From: Nemertoderma westbladi
Lineage: Eukaryota > Animalia > Xenacoelomorpha
Length of the DNA stretch: 64,000 nucleotides
Direction of reading: 5' to 3'
NCBI GenBank assembly: GCA_032718475.1
Contig: JAUCBJ010003176.1
Span: 1 to 64,000 of the forward strand
The notes under the pieces are model-generated. The model saw only the letters and a list, made by a program, of their open reading frames with translations, was not told the DNA's origin and did no database searches. Below, piece after piece: positions 62,986 through 64,000 of the stretch. A program made the position numbers and the translations under genes. How positions within the stretch are numbered: the stretch's first letter is position 1; each line of letters begins with the position of its first letter.

Positions 62986-64000
62986 CAGTATCTCAGTAAC
63001 TAGAAGTCGGTGTTACACATTAATTGCTATACAGTATCTCGGTAACTAGAAGTCAGTGTTACACATTAATTGCTATACAGTATCACGGTAACTAGAAGTC
63101 GGTGTTACACATTAAATGCTATACAGTATCTCGGTAACTAGAAGTCGGTGTTACACATTAATTGCTATACAGTATCTCGATAACTAGAAGTCGGTGTTAC
63201 ACATTAATTGCTATACAGTATCTCGGTAACTAGAAGTCGGTGTTACACATTAATTGCTATACAGTATCTCGGTAACTAGAAGTCGGTGTTACACATTAAT
63301 TGCTATACAGTATCTCGGTAACTAGAAGTCGGTGTTACACATTAATTGCTATACAGTATCTCGGTAACTAGAAGTCGGTGTTACACATTAATTGCTATAC
63401 AGTATCTCGGTAACTAGAAGTCGGTGTTACACATTAATTGCTATACAGTATCTCGGTAACTAGAAGTCGGTGTTACACATTAATTGCTATACAGTATCTC
63501 GGTAACTAGAAGTCGGTGTTACACATTAATTGCTATACAGTATCTCGGTAACTAGAAGTCGGTGTTACACATTAATTGCTATACAGTATCTCGGTAACTA
63601 GAAGTCGGTGTTACACATTAATTGCTATACAGTATCTCGGTAACTAGAAGTCGGTGTTACACATTAATTGCTATACAGTATCTCGGTAACTAGAAGTCGG
63701 TGTTACACATTAATTGCTATACAGTATCTCGGTAACTAGAAGTCGGTGTTACACATTAATTGCTATACAGTATCTCGGTAACTAGAAGTCGGTGTTACAC
63801 ATTAATTGCTATACAGTATCTCGGTAACTAGAAGTCGGTGTTACACATTAATTGCTATACAGTATCTCGGTAACTAGAAGTCGGTGTTACACATTAATTG
63901 CTATACAGTATCTCGGTAACTAGAAGTCGGTGTTACACATTAATTGCTATACAGTATCTCGGTAACTAGAAGTCGGTGTTACACATTAATTGCTATACAG
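62986..64000. repeat. 46-bp satellite running off the window end
   Basis: Unit ACAGTATCTCGGTAACTAGAAGTCGGTGTTACACATTAATTGCTAT, about 22 near-identical copies visible. Confidence 0.98.

Overview
Eukaryotic (metazoan-type, intron-rich, AT-rich) genomic DNA; no prokaryotic features, rRNA, tRNA or CRISPR seen. Bases 512-39665 (+) hold the 3' part of a PP2A regulatory B' (B56/PPP2R5, alpha/beta/epsilon-widerborst type) gene: 8 exon positions, 1074 coding nt per isoform, 5' exons outside the window. One exon is present as two tandem 128-nt copies (32572-32699, 33336-33463) that look like mutually exclusive exons. The introns are inflated by five unrelated satellite arrays, a 2.4-kb palindromic hAT-type element, an RTE-like LINE relic and a young 7.3-kb LTR element (8015-15332). 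That element encodes only a BEL/Pao-like Gag, has no tRNA-type primer site and carries an array of covarying hairpins. Downstream are a 24-bp satellite, an intronless predicted secreted LRR-Ig-FN3-like gene (-), a decayed Penelope-like retroelement, a 4-exon gene for an unrecognised 305-aa protein (+), a GC-rich codon-like repeat and further satellites. About 25 kb of the 64 kb is tandem repeat (my estimate), and most long ORFs in the supplied track are artefacts of these repeats. All calls were made by eye, without database searches.
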